Positions 20,064-31,058 of a DNA stretch of 64,000 bases are shown here, piece after piece. Location of the stretch: positions 672,001 through 736,000 of the forward strand of contig OY969559.1 of the NCBI GenBank assembly GCA_963701075.1. The letters run 5' to 3'. Position numbers and translations under genes: made by a program. A model generated the notes under the pieces. That model was not told the DNA's origin and ran no database searches. It saw nothing but the letters and a program-made list of their open reading frames with translations. Position 1 is the stretch's first letter, and every line of letters starts with the position of its first letter. The stretch comes from an uncultured Nitrososphaerota archaeon (GTDB lineage: Archaea > Thermoproteota > Nitrososphaeria > Nitrososphaerales > Nitrosopumilaceae).

Positions 20064-23000
20064 ATGCATGAATTATTCGACAGGGTTAATTCCAAGAATG
20101 ATTTCACTATTATATTGTTGCACAAAACATGGACTATTGTCTTAGTTACACTGCTCGTCTTTCCATCCGTGTTATCATATAATGTAAAGGGATACTCAGA
20201 TCATCCAAATCTATTCGTATCTGCAGAAAATAGCGTTTTTCAAAATCACTTCTCTGGTGCAATGGTAGTTGAGGTAATAATCGAAGGGGATAATACTCAA
20301 CTGAATCAGGCTCAAGGTGAACCTAATGTCAATGTAAATGGAAGACAACTTAGTATGGTTCAAGGATCAGATGGCTATTGGTATGCATTTTTTGCTAATA
20401 CCGCTGCAGCTAAACAGGCAGATCAAATAGCATTGGGTGGTACGCCTGGCCAAAATCTAGACTTTGGAGTTTTCTGCTCAGGATCCACTCCTTCGTCTGT
20501 ACTGGGGGTTGACTTTTCGCAAACTGACGGTGTTGCAATTCCTGACTCTAGTGGTCTTTCAGGCACCACTCAAGGGCTTGCATCATTTAACTCATGTAGT
20601 GGTACTCCACAACCGCCATCTGTTAATCAGAATAATGTAGTTAAAAATCCTCCTTCTTTGAATACAAATCCAAATGTAAGTGCAGGCCAAATTGGAATTA
20701 ATCCAAATATATGGCCAACCATTCAACTTTTCTCACTGAGTAATGATGTTAATGTAGAATACAATGCCGCTACAGGAACACAAAGTGTTGATCTTACGTA
20801 CTCTGAAATTCCAAATATTTCCATAACCCTTGATAGGAATGCATATCCTGCAGGCTCTGACGTTTTTGCAACAATAAATGATATTCAATTAGATGAGGAT
20901 CCAACTGCAATAGATTCGTGGACATTTAATGTCAACAATCCTGAAGCAACTTTCTATCAAGCATTTTCAGAATCTGGCGGAAGTAATATCTCAGGGCTTG
21001 TAAATCTTGCACCCTATCTTAGTAGCTTAGGTTTTCAGGACAATGGAAAGGTGGAAATGAATCTTGGTAGTGTTGTTAATCTGAAGACAAACAACCTTCA
21101 AACAAGTTCATCAATAACAGCAAATGGGATAACTTACAACCAATTAGTAACATTTGTAGAAACTGGCCCAAACACTGGAGTTTTTGAGAGTGATTATGAT
21201 AGCATTTCCACAATTGGCATTTTGCAGAATGCTCCTAGAGGACAATCAGGTAGTATAGAATATGATCAACAATCAACATCCATTGTTGCTGGCACTGCAC
21301 CTACTGCTGGTCTTACTCTTGGTTCTGGTCAAGGTCAGTTTGGGCCAGGACAAAAACAAACCATTACGCTATCTGATAGTAATCAGGTTTTAAACTCGGG
21401 AATTATTGAGAGTCTAAATGACTATAGAAGCTCCGCTGTAGTTCCCACATTAAAGATTGGAAGCCCAATGACACTGACTGGCGCTTCTGATGTGAATTTT
21501 TATCCAAATCCAAACAGTCTTTCAAACCCGATCTCTGTTTCTTCTAGTGTTCCTGACGCAAACTCTGCCAGATTAATAGTAGATACCAGATCTACACCAT
21601 CTACTAATTTTTATGAGATTACATTGAATCTTGGAATCACTACTGCTACTCTAAAAGATCTATTCATAGATGCCAGTCAACCTAATTCTGACGGGACAAA
21701 CTGGGTTAATTATGATTTAAGATCGTTTCAACAACAGCTAGGAATTAATTCCTTCTCAGATACTAGTATGACTCTTCATTTTGGTAGTGCTTCTAGTAGT
21801 TCATCTGTTCAAATCATAGCCCCTGGTACCATTTCTTCTGGAAATGGTCTTGTTCAAATAAGCGATACTGCAGTTGCTTCGATAGAATCTCAATCTTCAT
21901 CATCTCCAGTGTATCTAGAAATTAATTTTGGTAGTCCAGGCGGTAGCATTTCGGATGAAACTGATGTGCAACCAATCGTTTTCGATCTATTTTCTTTTGG
22001 TATGCAAAATGGGCAAACAGTGAATAATGCTGTATATCGTGCTGAACTTCAAGAAACAGCTGCCGGCTCGGGTATTTTTACGGGTACAATTTCATATGTA
22101 GAAGCAAATCAATTAAATCAATTTGATCCAAATCTGATAAAAAGTCTACAGACATTTGGTAACAATATAGTATTTTTTGTAAATGGTCAAATGGTAGGCG
22201 AAAATGGAATCAACTTTTCTATTTCAGGTTTATCGGCTGGCCAACAAACTACTGTTACCTCGAAAAACAGTCTTCCAACAACAACAGCTACAGTAACGCT
22301 CAATTCTGCAAATTATAACATTGGCTCGCCAGTCACAATAACATTATACGATCCAGATCTTGTATCAGATGCTAATACTATCCAATCGTTTACAACTGTA
22401 AGTGATCCAAATTCTCCTGCGGTGGATACGGTAGGAGATGCTAGTGGAAATATACTCCTTGAGGTATGGATAAAGGGATTTAGATTTCATCAATGTACAA
22501 TAAATGGAGTATTTCATGGGGGACTCGCCGCTACAGGTTTCACACTTACTGAAACTGCACCAGGTTCAGGAACATTCCAAGGTATATTCAAGATGCCATC
22601 TTGGATATGTAACGAAGATGGTACTGCCTTGATATCACCTATTGGAGGATCAGTACAAGTTTGGTATCATGACTGGATGGACGCACTGGGAAGATATGTC
22701 ATAATAGGTTCAACAGTTGCTTCGTCTTCACAAACAAATTCATCATCCACTCAGACATCACAACCGTCACCTCAAATATATCCGCCTGGTGTTCCACAAG
22801 GAGCATATCTTTCAAATATTAGCCAAGCTGCACAAATTAGCGACATAAATGGACTTCCTCTGTTACAAAGTCCTAAGGTAGGTCAGACAATAACCTTCAA
22901 GGATGTTATTTCAAATGGCGATTATCAAAACGGTCAGAAAATTTCATACATTGTTCAGGTAAAAGACAGTCAAGGCGAAGTTGTATACTTGAAATGGGTT

Positions 23001-23162
23001 AATGATACAATAAACCCATCAAATGAAGTAAATGAGCAAATTCAATGGACTCCAACTATTCCAGGAAACTATTCTGCTGAAGTATATGTGTGGGATGGAA
23101 TGGATTCTCTAGTTCCCCTAACTGAGAAAGATGGGTACCAATTCCAGGTCTTGCCTCAATAA
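20064..23162 (+). CDS. Large secreted S-layer-like protein
   Basis: Signal peptide, Ser/Thr/Asn-rich sequence, three ET(G/A)xxxGxF repeats, and a C-terminal YIVQVKD...WTP...AEVYVW domain typical of thaumarchaeal surface proteins. Confidence 0.72.
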   Translation: MHELFDRVNSKNDFTIILLHKTWTIVLVTLLVFPSVLSYNVKGYSDHPNLFVSAENSVFQNHFSGAMVVEVIIEGDNTQLNQAQGEPNVNVNGRQLSMVQGSDGYWYAFFANTAAAKQADQIALGGTPGQNLDFGVFCSGSTPSSVLGVDFSQTDGVAIPDSSGLSGTTQGLASFNSCSGTPQPPSVNQNNVVKNPPSLNTNPNVSAGQIGINPNIWPTIQLFSLSNDVNVEYNAATGTQSVDLTYSEIPNISITLDRNAYPAGSDVFATINDIQLDEDPTAIDSWTFNVNNPEATFYQAFSESGGSNISGLVNLAPYLSSLGFQDNGKVEMNLGSVVNLKTNNLQTSSSITANGITYNQLVTFVETGPNTGVFESDYDSISTIGILQNAPRGQSGSIEYDQQSTSIVAGTAPTAGLTLGSGQGQFGPGQKQTITLSDSNQVLNSGIIESLNDYRSSAVVPTLKIGSPMTLTGASDVNFYPNPNSLSNPISVSSSVPDANSARLIVDTRSTPSTNFYEITLNLGITTATLKDLFIDASQPNSDGTNWVNYDLRSFQQQLGINSFSDTSMTLHFGSASSSSSVQIIAPGTISSGNGLVQISDTAVASIESQSSSSPVYLEINFGSPGGSISDETDVQPIVFDLFSFGMQNGQTVNNAVYRAELQETAAGSGIFTGTISYVEANQLNQFDPNLIKSLQTFGNNIVFFVNGQMVGENGINFSISGLSAGQQTTVTSKNSLPTTTATVTLNSANYNIGSPVTITLYDPDLVSDANTIQSFTTVSDPNSPAVDTVGDASGNILLEVWIKGFRFHQCTINGVFHGGLAATGFTLTETAPGSGTFQGIFKMPSWICNEDGTALISPIGGSVQVWYHDWMDALGRYVIIGSTVASSSQTNSSSTQTSQPSPQIYPPGVPQGAYLSNISQAAQISDINGLPLLQSPKVGQTITFKDVISNGDYQNGQKISYIVQVKDSQGEVVYLKWVNDTINPSNEVNEQIQWTPTIPGNYSAEVYVWDGMDSLVPLTEKDGYQFQVLPQ

Positions 23163-23164
23163 AT

Positions 23165-24323
23165 CTAGAAATTGTACTTGTTCTTGTAGGGGGAAACAGC
23201 ACGGAGTCTCTTGTACTACTTTCTTTAGTACCCCTACAGTCTCATCTATCTCTTCTTCAGTATTAGTAATTCCCACGGTCAAACGTAGAGAACCGGTTAT
23301 CTGTTCATGTGAAAAGCCCATTGCCCTAAGTACATGTGATGCCTTCTGTACTCGTACAGAGCATGCTGAGCCTGTAGAAGCAGCAATTCTATTTTCATCA
23401 AGTTTAATGATAAGATCCTCACCATTTACGCCAAGAAATGTAAAGTGAGCATTATTAGGAATTCTCTTTTCAATATGTCCATTAAGACTAGTCCCTGGTA
23501 TTTCGGATAGAACCCGTGTGATCAGTTTAGAGGTGAGATTCCTGAAATAAGATGTGTTTTGACTCATGTTATCCTTTGCTAACTTGCAAGCCATGCCAAA
23601 GCCTGCTATGCTTGCAACATTTTCAGTTCCTGACCTTAATCCATTTTCTTGGCCTCCCCCTAGTATGAGAGGAGAAATTGTAATTCCTTTTCTAAGATAT
23701 AGTGCACCTACTCCCTTAGGACCGTTTATTTTATGTGAAGAGATAGAAAGCAAATCAACTCCTAGTTCTTTGACATCAATTGGAACTTTGCCTACTGCTT
23801 GAACAGCATCTGTGTGGAAAATTATGTTGTTGTCATGTGCTACCCCAGCAATTTCTTTTATTGGTTGAATGGTTCCAACTTCATTATTTGCAAACATTAT
23901 CGTAATAAGGCACGTATCTTGTGAGACTTCTTTTCTAACGTCATCCACATTTACAAGACCATATCTGTCAACTGGAAGATATGATACTCTGTATCCTTCT
24001 CTTTCAAGATGTTTACAGGGTTCTAGTATTGCATCATGTTCTATAGAAGATGTTATGATATGTCCGCCTTTGCTCTGGAAAGCTATGCCATAAATTGCGG
24101 TGTTGTTTGATTCAGTACCTCCTGACGTTAAAAGAATTTCTTTACTGTCGGCATTGATCAAATCAGCTATTCTCTTTCTAGCATTTTGGATGGCTGCATT
24201 GGCAGTCCTACCAAACTTATGTATGGAAGATGGATTTCCGTATTGTTCTTTAAAGTAGGGAATCATCTCATCTACTACTTTTTGATCAACAGGCGTAGAT
24301 GCAGCATTATCTAGATAGATCAA
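23165..24323 (-). CDS. iscS: Cysteine desulfurase (apparent +1 frameshift near 23207)
   Basis: YLDNAAS, HTDAVQ, SSHKINGPKG and STGSAC motifs. The corrected end reads ELRAVSPYKNKYNF*. Confidence 0.93.
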
Positions 24324-25120
24324 TCTGCTATCACATTGAGTTTGCCAGGTCTATATCCTTCTCTGTCTATCAATATGGATTCAAATCCTGCCTCTTTGAG
24401 ACATTCATTTAATATTGAAACCTTTTGCAAATCTGAAAGCAGATGAAGCTCATTCTGTCCCACTTCTATTCTTGCTTCTTTACCTAAATCTCGTACTCTT
24501 ACCTGTTTTACTCCAAAAAGTTGTTTGACCACGTTTTCACTTTTTTCAATTCTTGTTAATTTTTCTGCAGTAACTCTATGACCCCAGGGAATGCGAGATG
24601 CAAGACATGAATTTGAAGGCTTGTCATAAACTGAAAGTCCAGCTTCTCTTGAAAAATTTCTTATCTCTGTTTTTGTAAATCCTATTTCAACAAGTGGACT
24701 TTGAACCCCATTTTCTCGCAATGCGGCTATGCCAGGCCGATATTCTACAAGATCATCCAAGTTGGTGCCATCAACTATTACACCAGCTCCCTCATTCTTG
24801 GCTATTTTTGTCAAATATGTTGCTAATTGTGTCCTACAATGAAAACATCTATCCTTATCATTTTTAACAAAATCTGGATTATCAAGCTCATTGTATTCTA
24901 TTACGATGTGTCTTATTCCTATCTCCGAGCAAATCTTCTTTGCTGATTCTAATTCTTCCTGTGAGAGGGTTTTGTAATCTGCAGTAACAGCTACCGAGAG
25001 CTCTCCAAGTGATCTGTATGAAGCATAGGCTACAAGTGCACTGTCAACGCCGCCAGACAATGCTACCAAAATCTTCTCTTTCCCATCAAACCATTTGATT
25101 AACTGTTCTAATTTGTTCAT
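24320..25120 (-). CDS. larE: ATP-dependent sulfur transferase LarE
   Basis: PP-loop SGGVDS, RCFHC, DGTNLDD and SNSCLASRIP motifs. Confidence 0.9.
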   Translation of the reverse strand: MNKLEQLIKWFDGKEKILVALSGGVDSALVAYASYRSLGELSVAVTADYKTLSQEELESAKKICSEIGIRHIVIEYNELDNPDFVKNDKDRCFHCRTQLATYLTKIAKNEGAGVIVDGTNLDDLVEYRPGIAALRENGVQSPLVEIGFTKTEIRNFSREAGLSVYDKPSNSCLASRIPWGHRVTAEKLTRIEKSENVVKQLFGVKQVRVRDLGKEARIEVGQNELHLLSDLQKVSILNECLKEAGFESILIDREGYRPGKLNVIAD

Positions 25121-26349
25121 TTTAGATGAAGAGTCTGTCTTACTTCGGTAGTAATCAACGCATTTGCCTCTCTAAAGGTAATGCCTAGAGCTTCAGAAAC
25201 TGACTTTATGTTGTTAGCCTCTACTTTGAAATGTTTTGTTACACCATCATTTTTTATTACCTTGCATTGCACTGTAAAGTTTCTCCCCCAAATTGTAATT
25301 GGAACTGAAACGATAATTCTCGGAATGATGCGACGATTTGAGGTCCTGATTCTAACTCCCAGCGTGCCAGTTTCGGAGGTAATGGTACTAATCACATCGT
25401 TTAGATTTGAGGGATCGCATATGACCGAAACAAGATTGGTTGGCCTGCTTTTTTTTGTAATAGCTGGTGCTACGGTAACATCTTTTGCTCCCATGGCAAT
25501 TAATTTGTCGATCATTTGTCCTATTATCTCTCCTGAAACATCGTCAATATTTGTTTCAATAACTTGAACCATGTCTTGTTCAAATTGGTGTGTTAATTCT
25601 CCTCTGACAATTTTTAAGACATTTGAAAATCCTTCAAAATCCTTGCTACCTGCACCATATCCAATTGATTTAATCTTCATAGATGGATAAAATTCAGCAC
25701 ATTGACTTGCAAGGTTTACTAGTAAACTTGCGCCCGTAGGAGTAGTAAGCTCTTCTCTTGCACCGCCTCCAGTCATTATTATGTCAGAACCGCAAAATAT
25801 CTCTAGAATTGCACTTGCAGGATTTGACGTAATTCCATGTGAGAAGCTCAGGGTTCCACCACCAACAGCAACTGGAGTAGAAATGATCTCGTCAGAAAAA
25901 ATTTTTAAATCATCAAGAGCTATTGCAGAACCAATAATATCAATAACAGTGTCGATACTTGACGCTTCATGAAAATGGACTGATTCTATTGGTTCTCCAT
26001 GGATCTTGGATTCTGCTCTGATTAAAGACTTGATACTCTCCTTTGCAAATACTTTGGCTCTCTCAGATAATTCTATTTTATCAGATGTTTGTAATATACA
26101 GTCTTGAATCTCGATCCCCTTTCTTTCATGAGGTTCTTCCTTTATGTCTAAAGCCAATCTAGTAGCCTCAGTTCCATGTTTTGTTGTCTTTTCGAAATTG
26201 ATATTCTGAATCTTTGAACCCGCAAGATAACTTTCAGATGTGTATATACCTTCAATTATTTTGGATTTATTGGCGCCTATGTTTACAAGAGCAGAAAGTA
26301 ACATGTCACCAGAAATACCTGCCACTTGAGCATCAATTACAAGAACCAT
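25117..26349 (-). CDS. larC: Nickel pincer cofactor biosynthesis protein LarC
   Basis: GISGDM, VHFHE, ELTTPTGA, ETNIDD and ETGTLGVR motifs. Confidence 0.92.
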   Translation of the reverse strand: MVLVIDAQVAGISGDMLLSALVNIGANKSKIIEGIYTSESYLAGSKIQNINFEKTTKHGTEATRLALDIKEEPHERKGIEIQDCILQTSDKIELSERAKVFAKESIKSLIRAESKIHGEPIESVHFHEASSIDTVIDIIGSAIALDDLKIFSDEIISTPVAVGGGTLSFSHGITSNPASAILEIFCGSDIIMTGGGAREELTTPTGASLLVNLASQCAEFYPSMKIKSIGYGAGSKDFEGFSNVLKIVRGELTHQFEQDMVQVIETNIDDVSGEIIGQMIDKLIAMGAKDVTVAPAITKKSRPTNLVSVICDPSNLNDVISTITSETGTLGVRIRTSNRRIIPRIIVSVPITIWGRNFTVQCKVIKNDGVTKHFKVEANNIKSVSEALGITFREANALITTEVRQTLHLK

Positions 26350-26476
26350 GATTCTGTAAGCAGATTTGAATGAATATAAATTATAATTCTGTACTAAGGA
26401 CAAGTTCTAATTTCGACACTGATTTTACCGGGAATAATAGTGAAGTTTAATTAGCGAATTAAATTGACGCCTGATT

Positions 26477-27390
26477 ATGATTACAATTATTGGCTCAGGT
26501 AAAGTGGGAGGAGCAGCAGCGCTTTTTACTGCATTAAGAAAAGTAACAGACGAAATTCTTCTACTAGATGTTGTACAGGGACTCCCACAAGGAGAAGCAA
26601 TGGATCTTAATCATATGTTATCTGAAAAGGGAATAGATGTAAACATTCGAGGTTCAAATGATTATTCTGAAATGAAAGGATCCGATATTGTAGTAGTTGT
26701 AGCTGGATCAGGACGAAAACCAGGTATGACACGAATGGATCTATTGAAAATTAACGCATCGATTGTAAAAGGAGTGGTAGAGAACATAAAGAAATTTGCA
26801 AAAGATGCAATGATAATTCCTGTGACTAATCCTCTAGATCCTATGGCATATCTTACCTACAAAGTTTCAGGGTTTCAAAAAAACAGAGTATTTGGTATGG
26901 GTAACATGCTTGATCTATCTAGATTTGTCCAATTTATTCACGAGTCAACAAACTATTCTCGTAATTCAATTCGTGCCTTGGTAATAGGAGAACATGGAGA
27001 AAATATGTTGCCACTTCCAAGATATTCTACAGTATCAGGTATTCCTCTGACTTCTATATTGCCAAAACAAAAAACTGATGAAATTGTGCAAAGTACAAGA
27101 CAAGTTGCAGCCAAAGTGATTGAACTCAAAGGTGCAACAGTTCATGCCCCCGGAAATGCCATCTCTGCCATTATTGAGGCTGTAATGAGAGATACAAGGC
27201 AAGTTATACCAGTAGTACGTATCTTGATGGTGAGTATGGCTATTCCGATGTTTCGATTGGAGTACCAGTAATATTAGGCAAGAATGGAGTGGAAAAAATC
27301 ATAGAATTAGATCTGGATTCAAATGAAAAGGAATGGTTCAAGAAAGGGGTAGAAAGTGTCAAGACTGCAATTTCTGGTCTTGAACTCTGA
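26477..27390 (+). CDS. mdh: Malate dehydrogenase, LDH-like (apparent 1-nt deletion near 27216)
   Basis: [16 protein letters not shown] and GEHG motifs. The shifted frame gives YLDGEYG...[14 protein letters not shown]...LEL*. Confidence 0.92.
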
Positions 27391-27424
27391 TTAAATTTTT
27401 TAACTCGTAACAGTTACGGAGATA

Positions 27425-28207
27425 TTGTTGGAGCTCATAGAAATACTGAGATCACTTGAATTGGGAAAGATTAATGCGGTCCAGGCCAAAAAATTGCTTT
27501 CTCTTTATTCTATAGAAAAAATAGAAGATTTTGCTAAACTTGATGTAGGGAGAAAAATCAGAAGAGGAGTTCCAGAGGTAATATTTGCTGAAAAAAAACA
27601 ACTACCAGATTTAAAAAAAATCATTCTGGCTGTAATGTCTAGATCAGACTGTGTCTTGGCCTCAAGGATTAACAAAGTTCACTACAAAACCATTGCTTCT
27701 TTTTCTAGGGCACATAAACTCAAGATCAAAACAGGAAGGCATACCACATCAATTTTGTTCTTTAAAAAATTGTTATCTTCAGGTGGTAAAGTAGGAATAT
27801 TGACTGCTGGCACATCTGATATTGGTGTTGCAGAAGAAGCTAGGTTAATGTGTGAAGCAATGGGTTGTACATGCATTACCAGCTATGATGTTGGTATAGC
27901 AGGATTACACAGGATTTTTCCAATAATTAAGAAAATGATCCATGAAGAAGTAGATGTAATCATTGTAGTGGCAGGAATGGAAGGAGCACTAGCATCTGTT
28001 GTCTCATCTTTAGTGGACATTCCAGTGATTGGTGTTCCTTCATCAGTAGGATATGGATATGGAGAGAAGGGCGTTGCTGCACTTGCTTCTATGTTGCAGA
28101 GTTGTACGCTAGGACTTTCAGTTGTGAATATAGATAATGGAATAGGTGCTGGAGCTTTTGCAGCAAATGTGGCAAACAGAGTTGCTATGAATAGGACTAG
28201 GCCTTGA
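27425..28207 (+). CDS. larB: Nickel pincer cofactor biosynthesis protein LarB
   Basis: GVPEVIF, AGTSDIGVAEEA, AGMEGAL and VVNIDNG motifs. Confidence 0.93.
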   Translation: MLELIEILRSLELGKINAVQAKKLLSLYSIEKIEDFAKLDVGRKIRRGVPEVIFAEKKQLPDLKKIILAVMSRSDCVLASRINKVHYKTIASFSRAHKLKIKTGRHTTSILFFKKLLSSGGKVGILTAGTSDIGVAEEARLMCEAMGCTCITSYDVGIAGLHRIFPIIKKMIHEEVDVIIVVAGMEGALASVVSSLVDIPVIGVPSSVGYGYGEKGVAALASMLQSCTLGLSVVNIDNGIGAGAFAANVANRVAMNRTRP

Positions 28208-28916
28208 TTATTCCGATATGACCTAATTCTGAACCAATACCATATCCTATTAACGCGATTCCAGTACCAAGGCCAGCCATTTCTAATCCGCCCCACACTA
28301 TGTTTAGGTCCGCCATCTTGGATTTGATTGCTCCAATGACAAATGATGCAGATAGACTCGTACCTACAGCTATTAACAGTGGTACATACCCACTTGCAAA
28401 GAAATATGGAATAATCGGTAAAATGCCCCCAACTAAAAATGCTCCAAACATACGGAAAGCACTCTTCAATGGACTTCCCACTATTTCTAAATTTAATTTT
28501 AATTCTTCTGTAAGCATTGTATCTAACCACACTTTTTTATCAGAAGTAATTTTGTTGACTATATTTTCAAGTTCGGTACCGGTAAATCCTTTTGCTTTGT
28601 AGATGCCTTCTATCTCACCTCTTTCAGCATCTGGAACATTTTCCATCTCCCATTTTTCTCGTTCAATTTCAGATTGTAAGATCTGTCTTTGTGATCTAAC
28701 TGCAAGATAATTCTGGACTGCCATTGCTTTTGCACCGGTAAACATTGCTACTATTGCAGCTAAGATGATTATGCTTGAGGTTTGATCAGCTCCGCCAACC
28801 CCAGCTACCAATCCCAATGATGTGTTTATTCCATCTCCAAAGCCAAATACGAAATCCCTTATCGAACTAGTCTCTTTTTGATGTCTTTCAATATGTCTTG
28901 GTTCTGATATATCCAC
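28197..28916 (-). CDS. VIT1/CCC1 family Fe/Mn transporter
   Basis: RDFVFGFGDG, SEIEREKWE and GGILPIIPY motifs. Confidence 0.9.
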   Translation of the reverse strand: MDISEPRHIERHQKETSSIRDFVFGFGDGINTSLGLVAGVGGADQTSSIIILAAIVAMFTGAKAMAVQNYLAVRSQRQILQSEIEREKWEMENVPDAERGEIEGIYKAKGFTGTELENIVNKITSDKKVWLDTMLTEELKLNLEIVGSPLKSAFRMFGAFLVGGILPIIPYFFASGYVPLLIAVGTSLSASFVIGAIKSKMADLNIVWGGLEMAGLGTGIALIGYGIGSELGHIGIIKA

Positions 28917-29015
28917 AGTGTAGATTATACAATACCGGTTTATATGTCAAAAGAGAAATTTTTCATAGGGCAATAAGGTAAACGATTTATATCGTAGTAA
29001 AAAAGATTAAGGAGA

Positions 29016-30581
29016 ATGGCAGGCAAGAGGATAGTTCTTACCGCAGATCGTAGCTTGATGACTAATTATCGTGGTAATTTTCTTTATGGTTTCATTGCAT
29101 GTGGACCTTATGAGGTTATACCAGAATGGGTTTTTGATAAAGTGTTTTGCCCTCCTGTGGAAACCAATGTGGTAACTGGTGAAGCAAAAGTTGCTCAGGT
29201 CGGATTGCGTAGAGTAGAGGCAGCACTATTACAAGGTTACACACGAGACGAGATATTTATTGCAAATCCTGATTATCTTGAAAAATGTATAGGTCCTGAT
29301 ACTAAAGTTGTAGGGATAAATGTAATGGATCCACTTGGAATGGCTCCTGTTACTACTACCATGTCTCCTGAAAAACTATCGTATGTTGCAATGAAATTCA
29401 AAAGAATGTGTGCTAAGATCATTCAGCTCAAGAAAAAATACAATTTTCATGTAGCAGTTGGTGGAAACGGAGTCTGGGAGCTTGCAAAAACTGAAAGGAT
29501 GAAAATTCACGGTCTTGATACTGTAGTCGTGGGAGAAGCAGACGAACTTGCATTAGATCTATTTCACGATCTCGAAAAGGGTGATGCCCCAGAACTAATG
29601 CATTGCTTTGTAAAAAACATTCAAAACATTCCAATGATTCAAGGTCCCACTGTTAACTCGCTTATTGAAGCCATGCGGGGATGTGGAAGAGGTTGCGACT
29701 TTTGTGATGTAAACAAAAGATCAAAGAAGGATCTTCCACTTGAAAGACTACAACAAGAAGCAAAAATAAATCTAGATTATGGATTTGATTCAATTTGGTT
29801 ACATTCTGATGAAATGTTGCTTTATGGTTGTGACAATCGGGAGTTTAGACCGAACTATGATGCAATAACTGAATTATGGAAAGGGCTCAAATCTCTAGGA
29901 GTTAGATTTGTAGGGACCACCCACATGACATTTTCTGCTGTGTGTGCAGATCCTAAACTATTTCACGATATTTCAGCAATTAATGGCATGAGTAATGAAA
30001 AGTGGTTGGCAACAAATCTTGGTATAGAAACAGTAGCACCAAGAATGGTGAAGAAGCATCTTGGAGTCAAGACAAAACCGTTTTCTACAGATGAATGGGG
30101 ATGGGTTGTCAGAGAGGGTGCAAAGATAATGAATCAGAACCATTGGTTCCCAGCAGCGACTTTGATTATTGGATGGCCAGATGAAACACCAGATGAAACA
30201 CAGTATACTATCGATTTAATTGAAGACTTTAAACACACAAACATGAGAGGTATTGTCGCACCATTGCTTTATCAAGACTTTAACGAAAAGAATTCGATGC
30301 ACTTTGGCAATCTCAATGAGGCGCAATTTACATTATTCTGGAAGTGCTGGGAACACAACTTGAGAGTAATTAACGATATTATTCCTATAATTCTTAGAAA
30401 TAAGTCGTATGGTACTTTGATGAAGCCTGTGATGTATGGCATGATTAAAGCTGGAACTTGGGCAATAATGCGTTACTTGCGAGGTTTATCCAAGGAATTG
30501 TTCAATGGCAAGCTTCCTGAAGATATTATGGAAAAGTATGCCAGAAGCAGGTCAGTCAATGCTCCTGCTTACACTAAGTAG
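29016..30581 (+). CDS. Radical SAM protein with B12-binding-like domain; probable GDGT ring synthase (Grs) homologue
   Basis: CGRGCDFC motif. The N-terminal IVLTADRSLMTNY and GLRRVEAAL segments resemble the GrsA/B family as I recall it. Confidence 0.72.
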   Translation: MAGKRIVLTADRSLMTNYRGNFLYGFIACGPYEVIPEWVFDKVFCPPVETNVVTGEAKVAQVGLRRVEAALLQGYTRDEIFIANPDYLEKCIGPDTKVVGINVMDPLGMAPVTTTMSPEKLSYVAMKFKRMCAKIIQLKKKYNFHVAVGGNGVWELAKTERMKIHGLDTVVVGEADELALDLFHDLEKGDAPELMHCFVKNIQNIPMIQGPTVNSLIEAMRGCGRGCDFCDVNKRSKKDLPLERLQQEAKINLDYGFDSIWLHSDEMLLYGCDNREFRPNYDAITELWKGLKSLGVRFVGTTHMTFSAVCADPKLFHDISAINGMSNEKWLATNLGIETVAPRMVKKHLGVKTKPFSTDEWGWVVREGAKIMNQNHWFPAATLIIGWPDETPDETQYTIDLIEDFKHTNMRGIVAPLLYQDFNEKNSMHFGNLNEAQFTLFWKCWEHNLRVINDIIPIILRNKSYGTLMKPVMYGMIKAGTWAIMRYLRGLSKELFNGKLPEDIMEKYARSRSVNAPAYTK

Positions 30582-30924
30582 ATTTCTCGAGTTCTTTAAT
30601 CGCTGCATCTGCAATTGTGTTTCTTTTTGGAGTTAGAACAACAAAATAGCTTTTATCCGCCCGTTCTGCTACATCGACTAGCCTATATTTTCTCAGATTC
30701 ATATCAAATTCCAACATCTTTCCATCAAGCTTGCCTTTTGTATAGATTATAAGGTAAGAATTGCCAGTTGCAGGGCTCAAGGGGATAATTGAAAAGATGT
30801 ATCCTTTGTAGGAACTTATTGGTAGCATGTTTTTCATCGGCGGTGCCATGGTAGCCATGTATACAAACATGTCTTCTAGAGAATTAAATTCTTCGAACTC
30901 AAAATTCATCATTCCATCTTTCAT
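30574..30924 (-). CDS. Conserved hypothetical protein
   Basis: Clean 116-aa ORF convergent with the radical SAM gene. Confidence 0.65.
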   Translation of the reverse strand: MKDGMMNFEFEEFNSLEDMFVYMATMAPPMKNMLPISSYKGYIFSIIPLSPATGNSYLIIYTKGKLDGKMLEFDMNLRKYRLVDVAERADKSYFVVLTPKRNTIADAAIKELEKST

Positions 30925-31058
30925 TTAGTCGTATAATAATCTAAGTACCTTGTCAATAATGTAGTAAATAAATTCAGAATATTAACACGTGACAAAAATC
31001 AACCTAGACAATAAAAATTTTGAAGATCAGAGTTTGCAGATAAGTCTAAAAGAAAATG

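Noticed and set aside
6452-27390. Programmed frameshifting or pseudogenisation of mvk, eno, iscS, mdh and the MBL hydrolase
   Set aside because: There are no slippery heptamers, both halves are fully conserved, and several of the genes are essential. Sequencing artefact is more parsimonious.
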